Notes under the pieces: generated by a model | Databases searched by the model: none | Told to the model about the DNA's origin: nothing | What the model saw: the letters and a program-made list of their open reading frames with translations, nothing else | Part shown: positions 1 to 12,500 of the stretch, in pieces | Position numbering within the stretch: position 1 is the stretch's first letter | Layout: each line of letters starts with the position of its first letter | Program-made: the position numbers and the translations under genes | Assembly (NCBI GenBank): GCA_012519315.1 | Contig: JAAYQM010000082.1 | Coordinates: forward strand, 14,488-78,487 | Length of the DNA: 64,000 nt | Direction: 5' to 3' | Origin: Clostridiales bacterium | GTDB lineage: Bacteria; Bacillota; Clostridia; Oscillospirales; CAG-272

Positions 1-1239
1 ATACGAAGGCGCAGGGCGCCCAATGTTTTGCAGACGGCAGCCTCTTTGTCGGCGCCAAAGAGGATAAAGTCCCCCGGCTTTCCGTCAAGAGCGGTGATTA
101 TGGCGTCGAGCTCTTCCTCTGAAAAATATTTTGTCAGGATAGAATATAGTTCTCCGTTCTGGCGAATGGCGATCCAAGCCATGCCCTTTGCACCGGTTTG
201 TATCGCAAATTTCGTTAAATCCTCAATTTCACTCCTGGTAAATTCGGTGTTTTTAACATTTATTGCACGTACGACGCCTCCCGACTGCACAGCTTTACGG
301 AAAACCTCAAAATTACAGGTTTTTGCGATATCGGTTATATCTCTGATTTCAAGACCGAAGCGGATATCCGGCTTATCTGTGCCGTATTTGAGCATAGACT
401 CATGCCAGGTAATGCGGGGAAAAGGCTCTTTAATATCAACATTCATCATCTTTTGCATAAGATGTTTAAAGAGCGATTCAAGATGGCCGAGAATGTCCTC
501 CTGCTCAATAAAGGACATTTCCATATCAACCTGGGTAAATTCGGGCTGTCTGTCCGCTCTCAGGTCCTCATCTCTGAAGCAGCGGGCGATTTGATAATAC
601 TTATCAACGCCGCCCACCATCAAAAGCTGCTTAAAAATTTGAGGGGACTGGGGCAATGCGTAAAAACTGCCCGGATGCACACGGCTAGGGACAAGATAAT
701 CACGCGCCCCCTCCGGTGTGCTTTTGGTCAGAATAGGTGTTTCAATCTCGATAAAATCCTTTGATTCAAGGTATTCTCGGATTACACCAGACAGCTTGTG
801 ACGAAACTTTAAATTATTAATAATTTCGGGGCGGCGAATATCCAGATAACGATATTTCAGCCGGACCTCCTCACGAACAGCGCTCCCCTCCTCAATAGGG
901 AAAGGAAGGGGCTCCGCTGACGAAAGCAGATATAGCTTGCTTGCCCTCAATTCAATTGTGCCGGTGGGGATTTTTTCGTTACGGGTTTCTTCGTCTCTGA
1001 GGCAAATCTCACCGGACACCTCGATGACCGATTGGTTCCGCAGGGTCTCAGCGCGAGAAAAATCCTCGGCAGAAAGGTTGCGGGCATCGAAAACAACCTG
1101 AAGAATTCCTTCCCGGTCGCGCAGGTCAACGAAAATAACACCGCCCATATCCCTCTTTGACAGCACCCAGCCGCAGGCTGTCCCTTTTTTGCCGACCTCG
1201 GCCTCGGAGAAACGGCCGCAGTAATTTGTACGTTTCATA
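1..1239 (-). CDS. aspS: aspartyl-tRNA synthetase, N-terminal ~413 codons (3' end lies beyond the window start)
   Basis: Own translation of the minus strand from ATG at 1239: MKRTNYCGRFSEAEVGKKGTACGWVLSKRDMGGVIFVDLRDREGILQVVF. Class II motifs FYALPQSPQIFKQLLM and YYQIARCFRDEDLRADRQPEFTQVD. Absent from the ORF track because it is open at the window edge. Confidence 0.9.
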
Positions 1240-1288
1240 GAACCTCCATTTCATAGAAAAACACATTATAAGAATATTTATCAAAGTT

Positions 1289-1564
1289 AAAAAGAAAAAC
1301 AAAAAGCCCTCGTCCCCATGGGACGAAGGCATAAAGACCTCCGCGGTGCCACCCAAATAGATTGACAAAGCAATCCACTTTGATTTCTGCAGACAAGCTG
1401 CAGAACGGCTGTAACGTGCCGAACACGTCCGGATCTACTCACTTTTAATAAAAGCTTTCTGCCGGCGACTCCGGGTTGTTTTTCACTTAAAAATCCGTAC
1501 CGCGTTCCACCATAACCGCGGCTCTCTGTAACGACCCTTTTAAGCTACTCTTCCCATCACAGTC
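1289..1564 (-). promoter_or_regulatory. T-box leader (tRNA-sensing riboswitch) with terminator, upstream of aspS
   Basis: The minus-strand leader shows an AGTA box (GGGAAGAGTAGC), an AG bulge (ACAGAGAGCC) and a distal loop (TGGTGGAA). The T-box core TTTGGGTGGCACCGCGG is the reverse complement of 1338-1354. It is followed by hairpin GCCTTCGTCCCATGGGGACGAGGGC (1306-1330) and a U-run. Confidence 0.85.
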
Positions 1565-1593
1565 TTTGTCATTGTTGTTTATTATATAAAATT

Positions 1594-1622
1594 AGTATAA
1601 CCTAATATTTTTTTATTGTCAA
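1594..1622 (-). promoter_or_regulatory. sigma-A-type promoter for the aspS T-box leader
   Basis: On the minus strand: TTGACA (rc of 1617-1622), 17-nt spacer, TATACT (rc of 1594-1599). Confidence 0.55.
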
Positions 1623-1779
1623 TGATTCGATTAAATAAAAAATTAATATTTTGTAAATTGTCGGTGTTCGCCTAAACTCGCAAAGGGGAAAACGGCTAAT
1701 TTGCAAATAAAAATTGCTTTTTTTCAAACAAAATGGTATATTAAAAGTGTACTTATAAAAAACACCCCAAATATTAACA

Positions 1780-4700
1780 TTGTTAGGTAAATTGTTTATG
1801 GCAATTAAAATTACTTATAAAAAAAATGTTCTCGTGGCTTTGTTCCTTTTGATCGCCCTTTTACTTTGTGTAGGAATACAAGCCGGTGAAGGGATTTTTG
1901 CTTCGGACAGCAGGACGATGACTATCGACGATTTCCTTTCCGATCTTCACTGGACTGCAAAGGGGAGCGCAAAATCTCCTACCCTTCGTACCCTTCATAC
2001 AGATAAACCTGAAGGTTATTTGTCTTTTTCAGGCACCTTTGGCGGAGCAAGCGAGCCTGCCGCTGTGTCCCGATACTTTGATCCGCCGCTGGATCTGTAT
2101 TACTACCCCGGTCTTAGCATAGATGTTGAAATCATAACCGATAAAAAAGCAAATATCCGCTATTATGTCGAGCTTATACTCTATAGCGGGGAGACGGCGG
2201 AAAGCTCAAGGGTTCAATTCATGTCAGGGGAAAGGACATCTGTCGATTTTAACCTCACGACATACACAAACCGAGACTCTGTTGATGAGATGGAGATTCG
2301 CTTATATGAGGTGGTGGACAGTGAGTCAAGTCAGGCTTTTACCTGCAATATATACAAAATCGAAGCCTTCGGTGGAATAGACAGGCAATTGTCCGAGCGG
2401 TTTATGGCTGAGACATACTTTCCTATCGGCGCTTCGGCAGAGTTTTCTGCAGACAATACGTCCCTTGTCATTGTATCCACTCAAAACGATTCTTCAATCG
2501 AAGGGAGGGTTACGGTAAAGCCTGCTTTAGAATATACAAATGCACTCCGAATTGTAATGTCAAATGATACAAAAGCCACCTCGATGCGAGTTTATTATAC
2601 CTACAGCGAAGGCGAGGACTATTCCGACGCTCGTTCTGTTGCCGTTGATATTAAGCGGACTGCCGATTTTGTCTCCTATATAGCTCCCGTAAAGGAAGCC
2701 GAAAGCATAAAAAAGCTGAAAATTGTCTTTTCGGGCAACTCAAAGGGAACTATCGTGATATCCTCCGTTTCGGCGGTCTGCGCCTATACCGATCGCACCG
2801 AGAAAATAGGGGCAATCAATACCTGTGCCGTTTCTGAGGACGGCAAATACATTATTATAAAAGGAACTGTCAAAAATGAGAATACTACCGCATATCGAAA
2901 TTGTACCTTAGCCCTTTATGAGCTCTCCTCTTTTGAGGAAACTGATGCGGTTTTAAAAAGGACGACGCTTCCCACGTCCACCCACCCTATCTCTACAAAA
3001 TTTGAATTTAAGCTTCCTTTGAGCGAGGCGAATTATAGCTCTGTTCTGTCAAAATATGCAATCGTTCTCTATAGAAACGGCTCCATTCTTCAACCTCTGA
3101 TTCTGGTGGACGATCCTAAATACGTCTCAAATACAGCAAACCTTGCCCCGGAAACCCTCAACACAAAACCGCTCAACAACTTTTATAAGGGGGTACAAAC
3201 CGTCTATCTCTCAGGCGTCCAGGAGGCGGGGGCGGGTCAGGTTGTTATCGATGTGGAGATAAACCGGCTGCTAAGCTCTCAAAATAGCGGATATCTTCAT
3301 CTGATTTCCGGGAAATACATTTACTTCGATTCTGCCTATGTTGATTCCCTTGACAGGGAAATTCGTGCTTATACAGCAAGCGGTACCGAGGTTTTACTAA
3401 ACCTTGTCATTACTGAAAGTGATGAAAAAATGCAATATGCCTATGCCGGCAACCGCCCCGATGTGAAATATTACGCCCTTAATGTTTCGAATCTCCAGGG
3501 CGAGCTTTATGCCAACGCGGTGGCTGATTTCCTTTCTCTTAGATATAACGGAACAAACAATATGGCTATCGGCGGCTTTATCCTCGGCAAAAAGATCGAT
3601 CTCGCTACCGAATACAACTATATGGGCGAGAATGTCCGGCTGGATGTTTACGCAAAAAACTATATAAGAGCCCTGCGGCTTGTTTATACAACGGCACAAA
3701 TCCGCAATCCCAATCTGCGTGTCTATGCATCAATCAGCGACGCATGGAGGCAGGATGTTATATACGGCACTCTCTCAGAACAATATGATAGCACCCTTCT
3801 GGTTGAAGCGATGACCGCCCTTATGTCTGCCGAGGGGGCGGTTGAATGGCGGCTACTCTGCCATTCTGAACGCAATGCATTTGGATTATACGAAGGGGAC
3901 AGCATCAATATAAAAAACGACCGAAAGTCAAGAAATACCGCTTCAATGGGCTATATAGGAACAGACAGTATCGAAGTTCTTGCCGGCTTTATCGACGGAC
4001 TGGGGGAGAAATATCCTGCCACACCAAGGGCAATACTCTACTTTTGGCAACCGGATATCGCAAAAACAGGCTCATTGCTCCCCCCTCTCTATGCCTATAA
4101 TTATTATAAGCTACTCTTTGCTAACCGAGTTGAGGGATTTGTCACTTCCTTTAGCGTTTTCGGATCTCCCAGCGGAGACGGGCATGGTTTCCTTTCCCTT
4201 AAAGAACAGATTAAATATATAGATACCGAGCGATCTGTTGATTTCACCAATGATTATTTATCGACCTTCGGTGTGGCAAGCTGGGAGGAGGTTTTCCCCG
4301 ATTTTCGCCACGATCGGGTAGTTTTAAGAACACTCTCGGAGGTGAGCTTGTCAAAAGATATGCCCACCGGAATAAAGGGAAGCTTTGATTACTGGGATTT
4401 TTCCGGAACCGGAAATTCAGAGGGATGGATGCAGGGTGAATATTGCGATTCGCTGACAATTGCAACCACCGAACTTGGTGAGAAGGCGTTAATCTGCGCT
4501 CTTAACGGCGGCGCGTCCGAGTATAGGGAATTTATGGGAACCTATCATATCTATCCCTATACAGAAGACCTGTCCCTTACCCCATGGCTGACTCTAGACC
4601 TTCGTGCTATTTGCACCGACGGTTCGGAGAACAAACTGGAGGTTGTTATTGCAATAGGAGCGGGTTCTGACAGAATTCAGGCTAATACAATTGTAACCAG

Positions 4701-5031
4701 CGGTGAAAAGGTCACCCTTACCATGGATTTAAGCTCATTCACCTCAAAGAAAACTGCAAAATATATAAAAATTTGGGTTAGAGGTGCCGGGTCGGGGCTG
4801 GAAAACGCCACCCTTGAGCTTTATAAAGTAACCGGTCATAGCAAGAATTATGACAGCAGCTCACTTGCAAAGGCTATTGCGGAAGCAAGAAAGAAAGCGT
4901 CCGAAAACAATCCCCTGCCCGCAAATAACGGCATATTATGGGGCGCTGTCATCGGTGGCGCGGTAATTATCTCGGCAATCAGCCTTATTGCTCTTGGTAA
5001 AAAAAGGAATGTCACCATAAATAAAGAGTAA
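1780..5031 (+). CDS. large membrane-anchored extracellular protein, function unknown (possible glycoside-hydrolase-like TIM-barrel core flanked by beta-sandwich modules)
   Basis: ORF track. N-terminal hydrophobic signal/anchor VLVALFLLIALLLCVGIQA. C-terminal TM ILWGAVIGGAVIISAISLIAL followed by GKKR. ATG at 1798 is a more likely start than TTG at 1780. No family recognised with certainty. Confidence 0.6.
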   Translation: MLGKLFMAIKITYKKNVLVALFLLIALLLCVGIQAGEGIFASDSRTMTIDDFLSDLHWTAKGSAKSPTLRTLHTDKPEGYLSFSGTFGGASEPAAVSRYFDPPLDLYYYPGLSIDVEIITDKKANIRYYVELILYSGETAESSRVQFMSGERTSVDFNLTTYTNRDSVDEMEIRLYEVVDSESSQAFTCNIYKIEAFGGIDRQLSERFMAETYFPIGASAEFSADNTSLVIVSTQNDSSIEGRVTVKPALEYTNALRIVMSNDTKATSMRVYYTYSEGEDYSDARSVAVDIKRTADFVSYIAPVKEAESIKKLKIVFSGNSKGTIVISSVSAVCAYTDRTEKIGAINTCAVSEDGKYIIIKGTVKNENTTAYRNCTLALYELSSFEETDAVLKRTTLPTSTHPISTKFEFKLPLSEANYSSVLSKYAIVLYRNGSILQPLILVDDPKYVSNTANLAPETLNTKPLNNFYKGVQTVYLSGVQEAGAGQVVIDVEINRLLSSQNSGYLHLISGKYIYFDSAYVDSLDREIRAYTASGTEVLLNLVITESDEKMQYAYAGNRPDVKYYALNVSNLQGELYANAVADFLSLRYNGTNNMAIGGFILGKKIDLATEYNYMGENVRLDVYAKNYIRALRLVYTTAQIRNPNLRVYASISDAWRQDVIYGTLSEQYDSTLLVEAMTALMSAEGAVEWRLLCHSERNAFGLYEGDSINIKNDRKSRNTASMGYIGTDSIEVLAGFIDGLGEKYPATPRAILYFWQPDIAKTGSLLPPLYAYNYYKLLFANRVEGFVTSFSVFGSPSGDGHGFLSLKEQIKYIDTERSVDFTNDYLSTFGVASWEEVFPDFRHDRVVLRTLSEVSLSKDMPTGIKGSFDYWDFSGTGNSEGWMQGEYCDSLTIATTELGEKALICALNGGASEYREFMGTYHIYPYTEDLSLTPWLTLDLRAICTDGSENKLEVVIAIGAGSDRIQANTIVTSGEKVTLTMDLSSFTSKKTAKYIKIWVRGAGSGLENATLELYKVTGHSKNYDSSSLAKAIAEARKKASENNPLPANNGILWGAVIGGAVIISAISLIALGKKRNVTINKE

Positions 5032-5074
5032 CATATGCCGTATATCTGATTTTGGACTATATTCCATATAAAGC

Positions 5075-5110
5075 AAAACTCCTTGACAGCTTTGTCTGTC
5101 AAGGAGTTTT
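5075..5110. terminator. bidirectional intrinsic terminator between convergent genes
   Basis: AAAACTCCTTGACAG-CTTTGT-CTGTCAAGGAGTTTT, flanked by an A-run and a T-run. Confidence 0.7.
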
Positions 5111-5122
5111 TGATTTTGAGAT

Positions 5123-5845
5123 TTATATTGATTCAAGCAAAATTTCCGCTTCAACATTGACGGCACCGTTACTTTTCACTGTGCGCATGAAATATGTTCC
5201 GTCGTACTCGGCGCAATACACCTTAAGAGTCTCGCCGAGCATAGCCTCGGACAAGAAGTTTATACGCATTGAAATAACCCTTTTCCCGGACATATCAGGT
5301 AAAAAGTCGCATAGAAGATCCGGATAGTTGGTGTTGTTAATATGATTGTTAAGATCAAGATCGCTATACACTACGGTACGCTCCCCGACAAGTATCATCA
5401 AGGCGCCGTCGGGTATTTTCAGCCGACGCGGCATATCAAGCTCAAGGGCAGGGTCGGTATCAAAATTTAGAACAACGTCTCCAACCCGCATAATTCGTCG
5501 GTCTGAGATCCTTAACAGTCCCCAAACAGATGCCGCCTCTGCTACAATCATGCCATCACGCAGGATACGATAACATCTGTTAAACGAGGAGCCTTTGCTC
5601 TCGCATGCCCAGCTTTGGACTTCAATAGTTTCATAGGCATATACCGGCTTGTAAAAACTCATGGACAATCGGCTAAGTATAAATGCATAGCCCATTTCCC
5701 TTAGCTGACTGTTGCTCGGACCCAACGTACGCATCTGATGAAGATTAGCTGTTTCCTGCATATATCTTAGCAGGGAGGATACCCTCACAATACTATCCGC
5801 GTCGGTAAAATGAGAATTAACTTTAAAGGTTTCTGTCCATTTCAT
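5123..5845 (-). CDS. acyl-ACP thioesterase (FatA/FatB-like, double hot-dog)
   Basis: MKWTETFKVNSHFTDADSIVRVSSLLRYMQETANLH...NNHINNTNYPDLLCDF is typical of bacterial acyl-ACP thioesterases. Start moved to the ATG at 5845, which has a GGAGTG SD 8 nt upstream. The track ORF extends to 5962. Confidence 0.8.
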   Translation of the reverse strand: MKWTETFKVNSHFTDADSIVRVSSLLRYMQETANLHQMRTLGPSNSQLREMGYAFILSRLSMSFYKPVYAYETIEVQSWACESKGSSFNRCYRILRDGMIVAEAASVWGLLRISDRRIMRVGDVVLNFDTDPALELDMPRRLKIPDGALMILVGERTVVYSDLDLNNHINNTNYPDLLCDFLPDMSGKRVISMRINFLSEAMLGETLKVYCAEYDGTYFMRTVKSNGAVNVEAEILLESI

Positions 5846-6064
5846 ATTTGATATCACTCCGTTAACAATGACGTCAGCCCTACAGATATACATAGGTCTG
5901 ATAAAATAATGCAATATAAAAACATCGGGGAAAGGCGTAATAGTTAAGAAATTAGAAAACATCGTAGCAGTGCTGCATAAAGCCCGGAATCAGGCTTTAT
6001 GCAGGCACCGATCAGCTTGTTTTAAAATTATTCTCAGACTAAACCTTTCCCCGCCGTACTTGCT

Positions 6065-6992
6065 TTAGAGTTTTCCCCCTGAACCGAGTACGGTATGGAT
6101 TTTATGTTTTATCATCTTCTTGACCTCTTCGCGGCCGACGGATAAATAGCCTCTCGGATCGAAAACCTCGGGTGATGCAGTCAAAACACGTCTTATACCG
6201 GCTGTCATAGCAAGCCTTATATCTGAATCGATGTTTATTTTACATACAGCTGAGGCTGCGGCACGACGAAGCATCTCCTCTGGTACGCCGCTGGCACCGG
6301 AAAGTGCTCCGCCACAGGCATTTATCTCATCAACAAGCTCGGGTATTACCGAAGATGCACCGTGCAGTACAATCGGGAATCCCGGAAGACGTCTTGCTAT
6401 TTCATCAAGAATATCGAAACGAAGCTTTGCTTCCCCCTTAAATTTAAATGCGCCATGACTTTCCGATAGCAATAGCCAGAGAGTCGACGCCGGTCCTCTC
6501 AACAAACTCTTCTACCTCGTCAGGATCTGTGAACATCGCATCCTCTTCGGAAACATTGACATCGTCCTCAATGCCTGCCAGTTTCCCCAGTTCCCCTTCG
6601 ACGACAACGCCGCGCTCGTGCGCATAGTCGCAAACCTTTTTTGTAAGCTCGATGTTTTCCTCAAAGCTGAGTCTTGAACCGTCAATCATGACCGATGTAA
6701 AGCCGCCATCAATGCAAGCTTTGCAGATCTCAAAATCCTCACCGTGATCAAGATGAAGTGCCACATCTATCCCGGTATCCTCAATCGCCGCACGGGTCAG
6801 AGCCATTAGATAGGCATGCTTGGCATATTTGCGGGCGCCTGCCGACACCTGCAAAATAACCGGAGATTTTTCCTCGGCTGCCGCTTCGGTAATAGCCTGA
6901 ATAATCTCCATATTATTTATGTTGAATGCCCCTATGGCATATCCGCCCGCATATGCGGCCTTGAACATTTCCTTAGTTGTAACTAAAGCCAT
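6065..6992 (-). pseudogene. fba: class II fructose-1,6-bisphosphate aldolase, interrupted by a frameshift near 6458-6464
   Basis: Two track ORFs (6444..6992 and 6065..6505) together make one FBA. The first ends ...GVDSLAIAIGKSWRI* and the second continues SHGAFKFKGEAKLRF...IVLHGASS. DNA at the junction reads ATCGGAAAGTCATGGCGCA where G-T-S-H-G is expected. Confidence 0.8.
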
Positions 6993-7139
6993 TATTTTAC
7001 GCTCCTGTCATCTTTTTATTCCATTTAATTATTGTACCCCGAAAACGAAATAAAATCAAGAGCAGATCACTAATTTTATGTTAATTAAATATAAATAATG
7101 AACAGAAAACAATATATAGAAAAAATTACAGCTTTTATT

Positions 7140-7568
7140 TTATCCTTGAGCCTGAGGAGCGGGATTTATCGCGATAGATTGCTTTTTGCGTGCGCCTTGT
7201 GCGTTATATGCCGTCTCCGCCGATTCACCAAGGCCGAAGCTAATGCTGATTGCATCATTGACGGCATTCATAATCGAATCATCCAAATGTCCCATTTTCT
7301 CCTTAAGTCTTTTTTTATCTATAGTACGTATCTGCTCCAAAAGGATTACCGAATCCTTTGCAAGCCCAACCTTATCGGCGTATATATCAATATGTGTAGG
7401 CAATCGACTCTTGCCCATTTTGCTTGTAATTGCAGCCGCAATCACTGTTGGACTGTATTTGTTGCCAATGTCGTTTTGAACAATAAGAACCGGTCTAAGA
7501 CCGCCTTGTTCGGATCCGATTACCGGACTTAAATCCGCATAATAAATATCTCCGCGTTTTATGCTCAT
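7140..7568 (-). CDS. mazF: MazF/EndoA(NdoA)-type mRNA interferase toxin with ~25-aa C-terminal extension
   Basis: [49 protein letters not shown]...[17 protein letters not shown] is close to my recollection of B. subtilis EndoA. GGAGTG SD lies upstream of the ATG. Confidence 0.9.
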   Translation of the reverse strand: MSIKRGDIYYADLSPVIGSEQGGLRPVLIVQNDIGNKYSPTVIAAAITSKMGKSRLPTHIDIYADKVGLAKDSVILLEQIRTIDKKRLKEKMGHLDDSIMNAVNDAISISFGLGESAETAYNAQGARKKQSIAINPAPQAQG

Positions 7569-7808
7569 TTTTGTTCACACTCCATTTTTTTAGACTACGA
7601 AAAAAGTTGTTTTTTCAAAACCTTTTCGGTCTATCTTGTCTTGGTATTATTTTTGCCTCAAACAGGCAATTTTTAAACATACCAATATATTTATTTGTTG
7701 GAAAAATTTGTGCATTTAATGACAATATTCGCATGAAAGCTAAAGAGTATTGTACATAAAGGGCACATTATTATCATATTATGAGCAGGGAATAAGGGTG
7801 CAACCGAA

Positions 7809-7863
7809 CAAAAAAATCAGCCGTTGTAAAAACCAATGGCTGTTGGCTTTTACAACGGCTGAT
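7809..7863 (-). terminator. intrinsic terminator downstream of pyrG
   Basis: ATCAGCCGTTGTAAAA...TTTTACAACGGCTGAT hairpin, followed on the minus strand by TTTTTTTG. Confidence 0.8.
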
Positions 7864-7934
7864 TCGCGGAAATATTATATTTATTTGAGGAAGTGTTTAG
7901 GGAAGGTTGAATTATTTATTCTTTTTCAGTCAAT

Positions 7935-9569
<1,635 letters not shown>

Positions 9570-9598
9570 TTATTTTATATTATTTTAAAGTTTACAGA

Positions 9599-12500
9599 TT
9601 AAACCTCTACGAACCCTTCAAAGGTCTTTTCTGCGTTACCGGACAGATAAATAGTTTCTCCGGTGTATTTAACACGCAAATCGCCGCCGGGCAATCGTAC
9701 CGTAATGTCCTTCCCTTTGTCGCAATAGCCGTTTTCGACAGCTGCAACAGCCGCGGCACAGGCTCCTGTTCCGCAGGCAAGGGTTTCTCCGTTGCCCCGC
9801 TCCCAGACTCGAACCTTCAGCACATTGCGTTTAATAACGGTTGCAAATTCGGCGTTGACCCGTTGCGGAAATACTTGATGACGCTCGAAAAGAGGACCGA
9901 TGGTCTCGATGTCGAGGCTGCTCAGCTCATCAAGAAAGGTAACACAATGAGGATTACCGAGGGAAAGCGCCGTTACCCGATATTCCTTATCTCCGATAAC
10001 AAGAGGGGAGTTGATCATTTGAGCCCCGTCATAAAGAACGGGAATTGCCGCCGGTGAAAATTCGGGAGCGCCCATATTCGTTGTGGCGGCAATAACTTCG
10101 CCGTGCAGAATATGCAGCTCGACCTCTTTTATGCCACTGAGGGTTTCTATGGTAACAATGTTGCTGCGTGTAAAACCTTGATCATAGAGATATTTTGCAA
10201 CGCACCGGGTAGCGTTTCCGGCCATTCTGCCTTCGCTGCCGTCCCGATTGTAAATTCGCATCCCCACATCGGCAACCTTTGAATCGGTAATCAGCACGAC
10301 ACCGTCCGCTCCGATTGAGAAATGGCGATTTGATAAGCGAATGGCAAGTGCCTCGGGACTTGAAATTTTCAATTTGTCGTCCCGGCAGTCAAAGTATATA
10401 TAGTCATTGCCAATACCGCTGTATTTAATGAAGGGCAGCTTTCTGCGCTTCTCTCTCATGTTGTTGATATCCACAAGCTCGACGCTGGAGGGGGAATAAC
10501 GTGAGAGCAGGCTGTCGGCAACAGCATTCGCCGTATCAATGGAGGTCAGACAGGGAATGCTGTGCTCAAGGGCCTTACGACGTATTTTCACACTGTCGGC
10601 TGTCGGCAATCGTCCCCGCGCCGAGGTGGAGATTACATAAGAAAGCTTTCCGCTTTCAATCAGTCGGAGGATGTTGTCCTCCCCCTCATGAAGCTTTTTC
10701 ACCGTTTTAACAATCAGCCCGGCGCCGCGCAGCTCCTGTGCTGTGCCCGCCGTTGCATACAGATCAAAGCCGAGAGCCGCATATTTGCGTGCCAGATCGG
10801 CAACCTCGCTTTTGTCAAGATTGCGGACGGTGAAGAGCACCCCGCCCCGTCGGTTAAGATTGCACCCCGCGGCAACAAGCCCCTTATATAGAGCCTCCTC
10901 AAAGACAGATCCGATCCCTAAAACCTCTCCGGTTGACTTCATTTCCGGTCCGAGATGGGCATCAACGCCAACCAATTTTTCAAAGGAGAAGACAGGAACC
11001 TTAACCGCGGTATAGGGCGGCGTTTTGGCAAGACCGGTTCCGTATCCCATATCGGTAAGCTTCTCGCCAAGACAAGCTCGCACCGCAAGATCTACCATTG
11101 GAATTTTTGTAACCTTGCTGATATAAGGAACCGTCCTTGAGGCGCGTGGATTGACCTCAATCACATATAGCTCACTGTCATAAACAAGATACTGAATGTT
11201 GACAAGACCTCGCACCTTTAGAGCCGTTGCTATTTTTGCCGTTTGGTTTACAATGGTATCTATCATGCGCGGATCAATGTTGTATGGAGGATAAACGGCA
11301 ATCGAGTCACCTGAGTGAATACCCGCGCGCTCAATATGCTCCATAATACCCGGAATGAGGATATCCTCTCCGTCGCAAATGGCGTCGATATCAAGCTCAA
11401 TGCCCGACATATACTTGTCAATCAGAATCGGGTTGTCAATCTTGCTTGCGAGGATAATATCGAGATACTCCTCAATATCGCTGTCGCTCCAGGCAATAAT
11501 CATGTTTTGCCCGCCAAGAACATAGGAGGGACGAATCAGCACAGGGTATCCCAATGTGTTGGCGGCGGTCAGCGCCTCTGGCTTTGTGCGGACATTGAGT
11601 CCTTTCGGCCGCTTAATATTAAGGCTTTCGAGCAGGGCATCGAATCTTTCTCTATCCTCGGCGGCGTCAATACTATCAGCCGAGGTGCCGAGGATATTCA
11701 CACCCTGTTTTGCCAGGAAATTGGTTAATTTTATCGCCGTCTGCCCGCCGAAGGCTACAACAACACCGATTGGCTTTTCGGTATTGATGATGTGCATAAC
11801 ATCTTCGTTTGTCAACGGCTCAAAATAAAGCCGGTCGGCAGTATCATAGTCGGTGGAAACGGTCTCAGGGTTGTTGTTTACAATAACCGTTTCATAGCCG
11901 AGGCGGCGCAAGGTACGCACGCAATGAACGGCCGAATAGTCAAACTCGATGCCCTGTCCGATGCGTATCGGACCGGAACCAAAGACAACAACCGTTTTTT
12001 TGCCTGTTTTATAGTTAAGGGCCTCGTTTTCGCCCATAAACGATCCGTAGAAATAGGGGGTTGTTGCGGAAAATTCGGCGGCACAGGTATCAACCGTCCG
12101 GTAAACCCCATGGGCAGGATTCTTAATTTTCTGCCCGGACAAGCGCTCGATTGTGCTGTCAAGATATCCGAGACGCTTTGCACGCATATACAGGTCGTCG
12201 TCAAGGGGGCTCGACTCAAGCTCCCTCTCAATCGAAATAAGGCGATTTAACTTTGACAAAAACCAACGATCGATTTTGGTTATTTCGTATATTTCATCGG
12301 TGGAAAAGTCCCGGCGAAGGGCTTCAAAGATATAAAATAGGCGCATATCGGTAGGCTTTGAAATTGATTCGAGAAGCTGCTGATCATCAAGCTTTTGGAC
12401 AGAGCTGCTACGCAGGCAGTCCAGCGAAATCTCGGCGCCGCGAACCGCCTTCATCAATGCCTCCTCAAAGGAAGCGCCAATAGCCATAACCTCACCGGTA

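Noticed and set aside
28-764. Track ORFs 28..594 and 402..764 on the + strand
   Set aside because: They lie antisense to a clearly recognisable aspS reading frame (minus strand, 1..1239). Their composition is Ser/Ile-rich shadow-frame type.
5973-6005. Hairpin CTGCATAAAGCC...GGCTTTATGCAG between fba and the thioesterase gene, considered as the fba terminator
   Set aside because: No convincing U-tract follows it on the minus strand. Confidence is too low to list as a feature.
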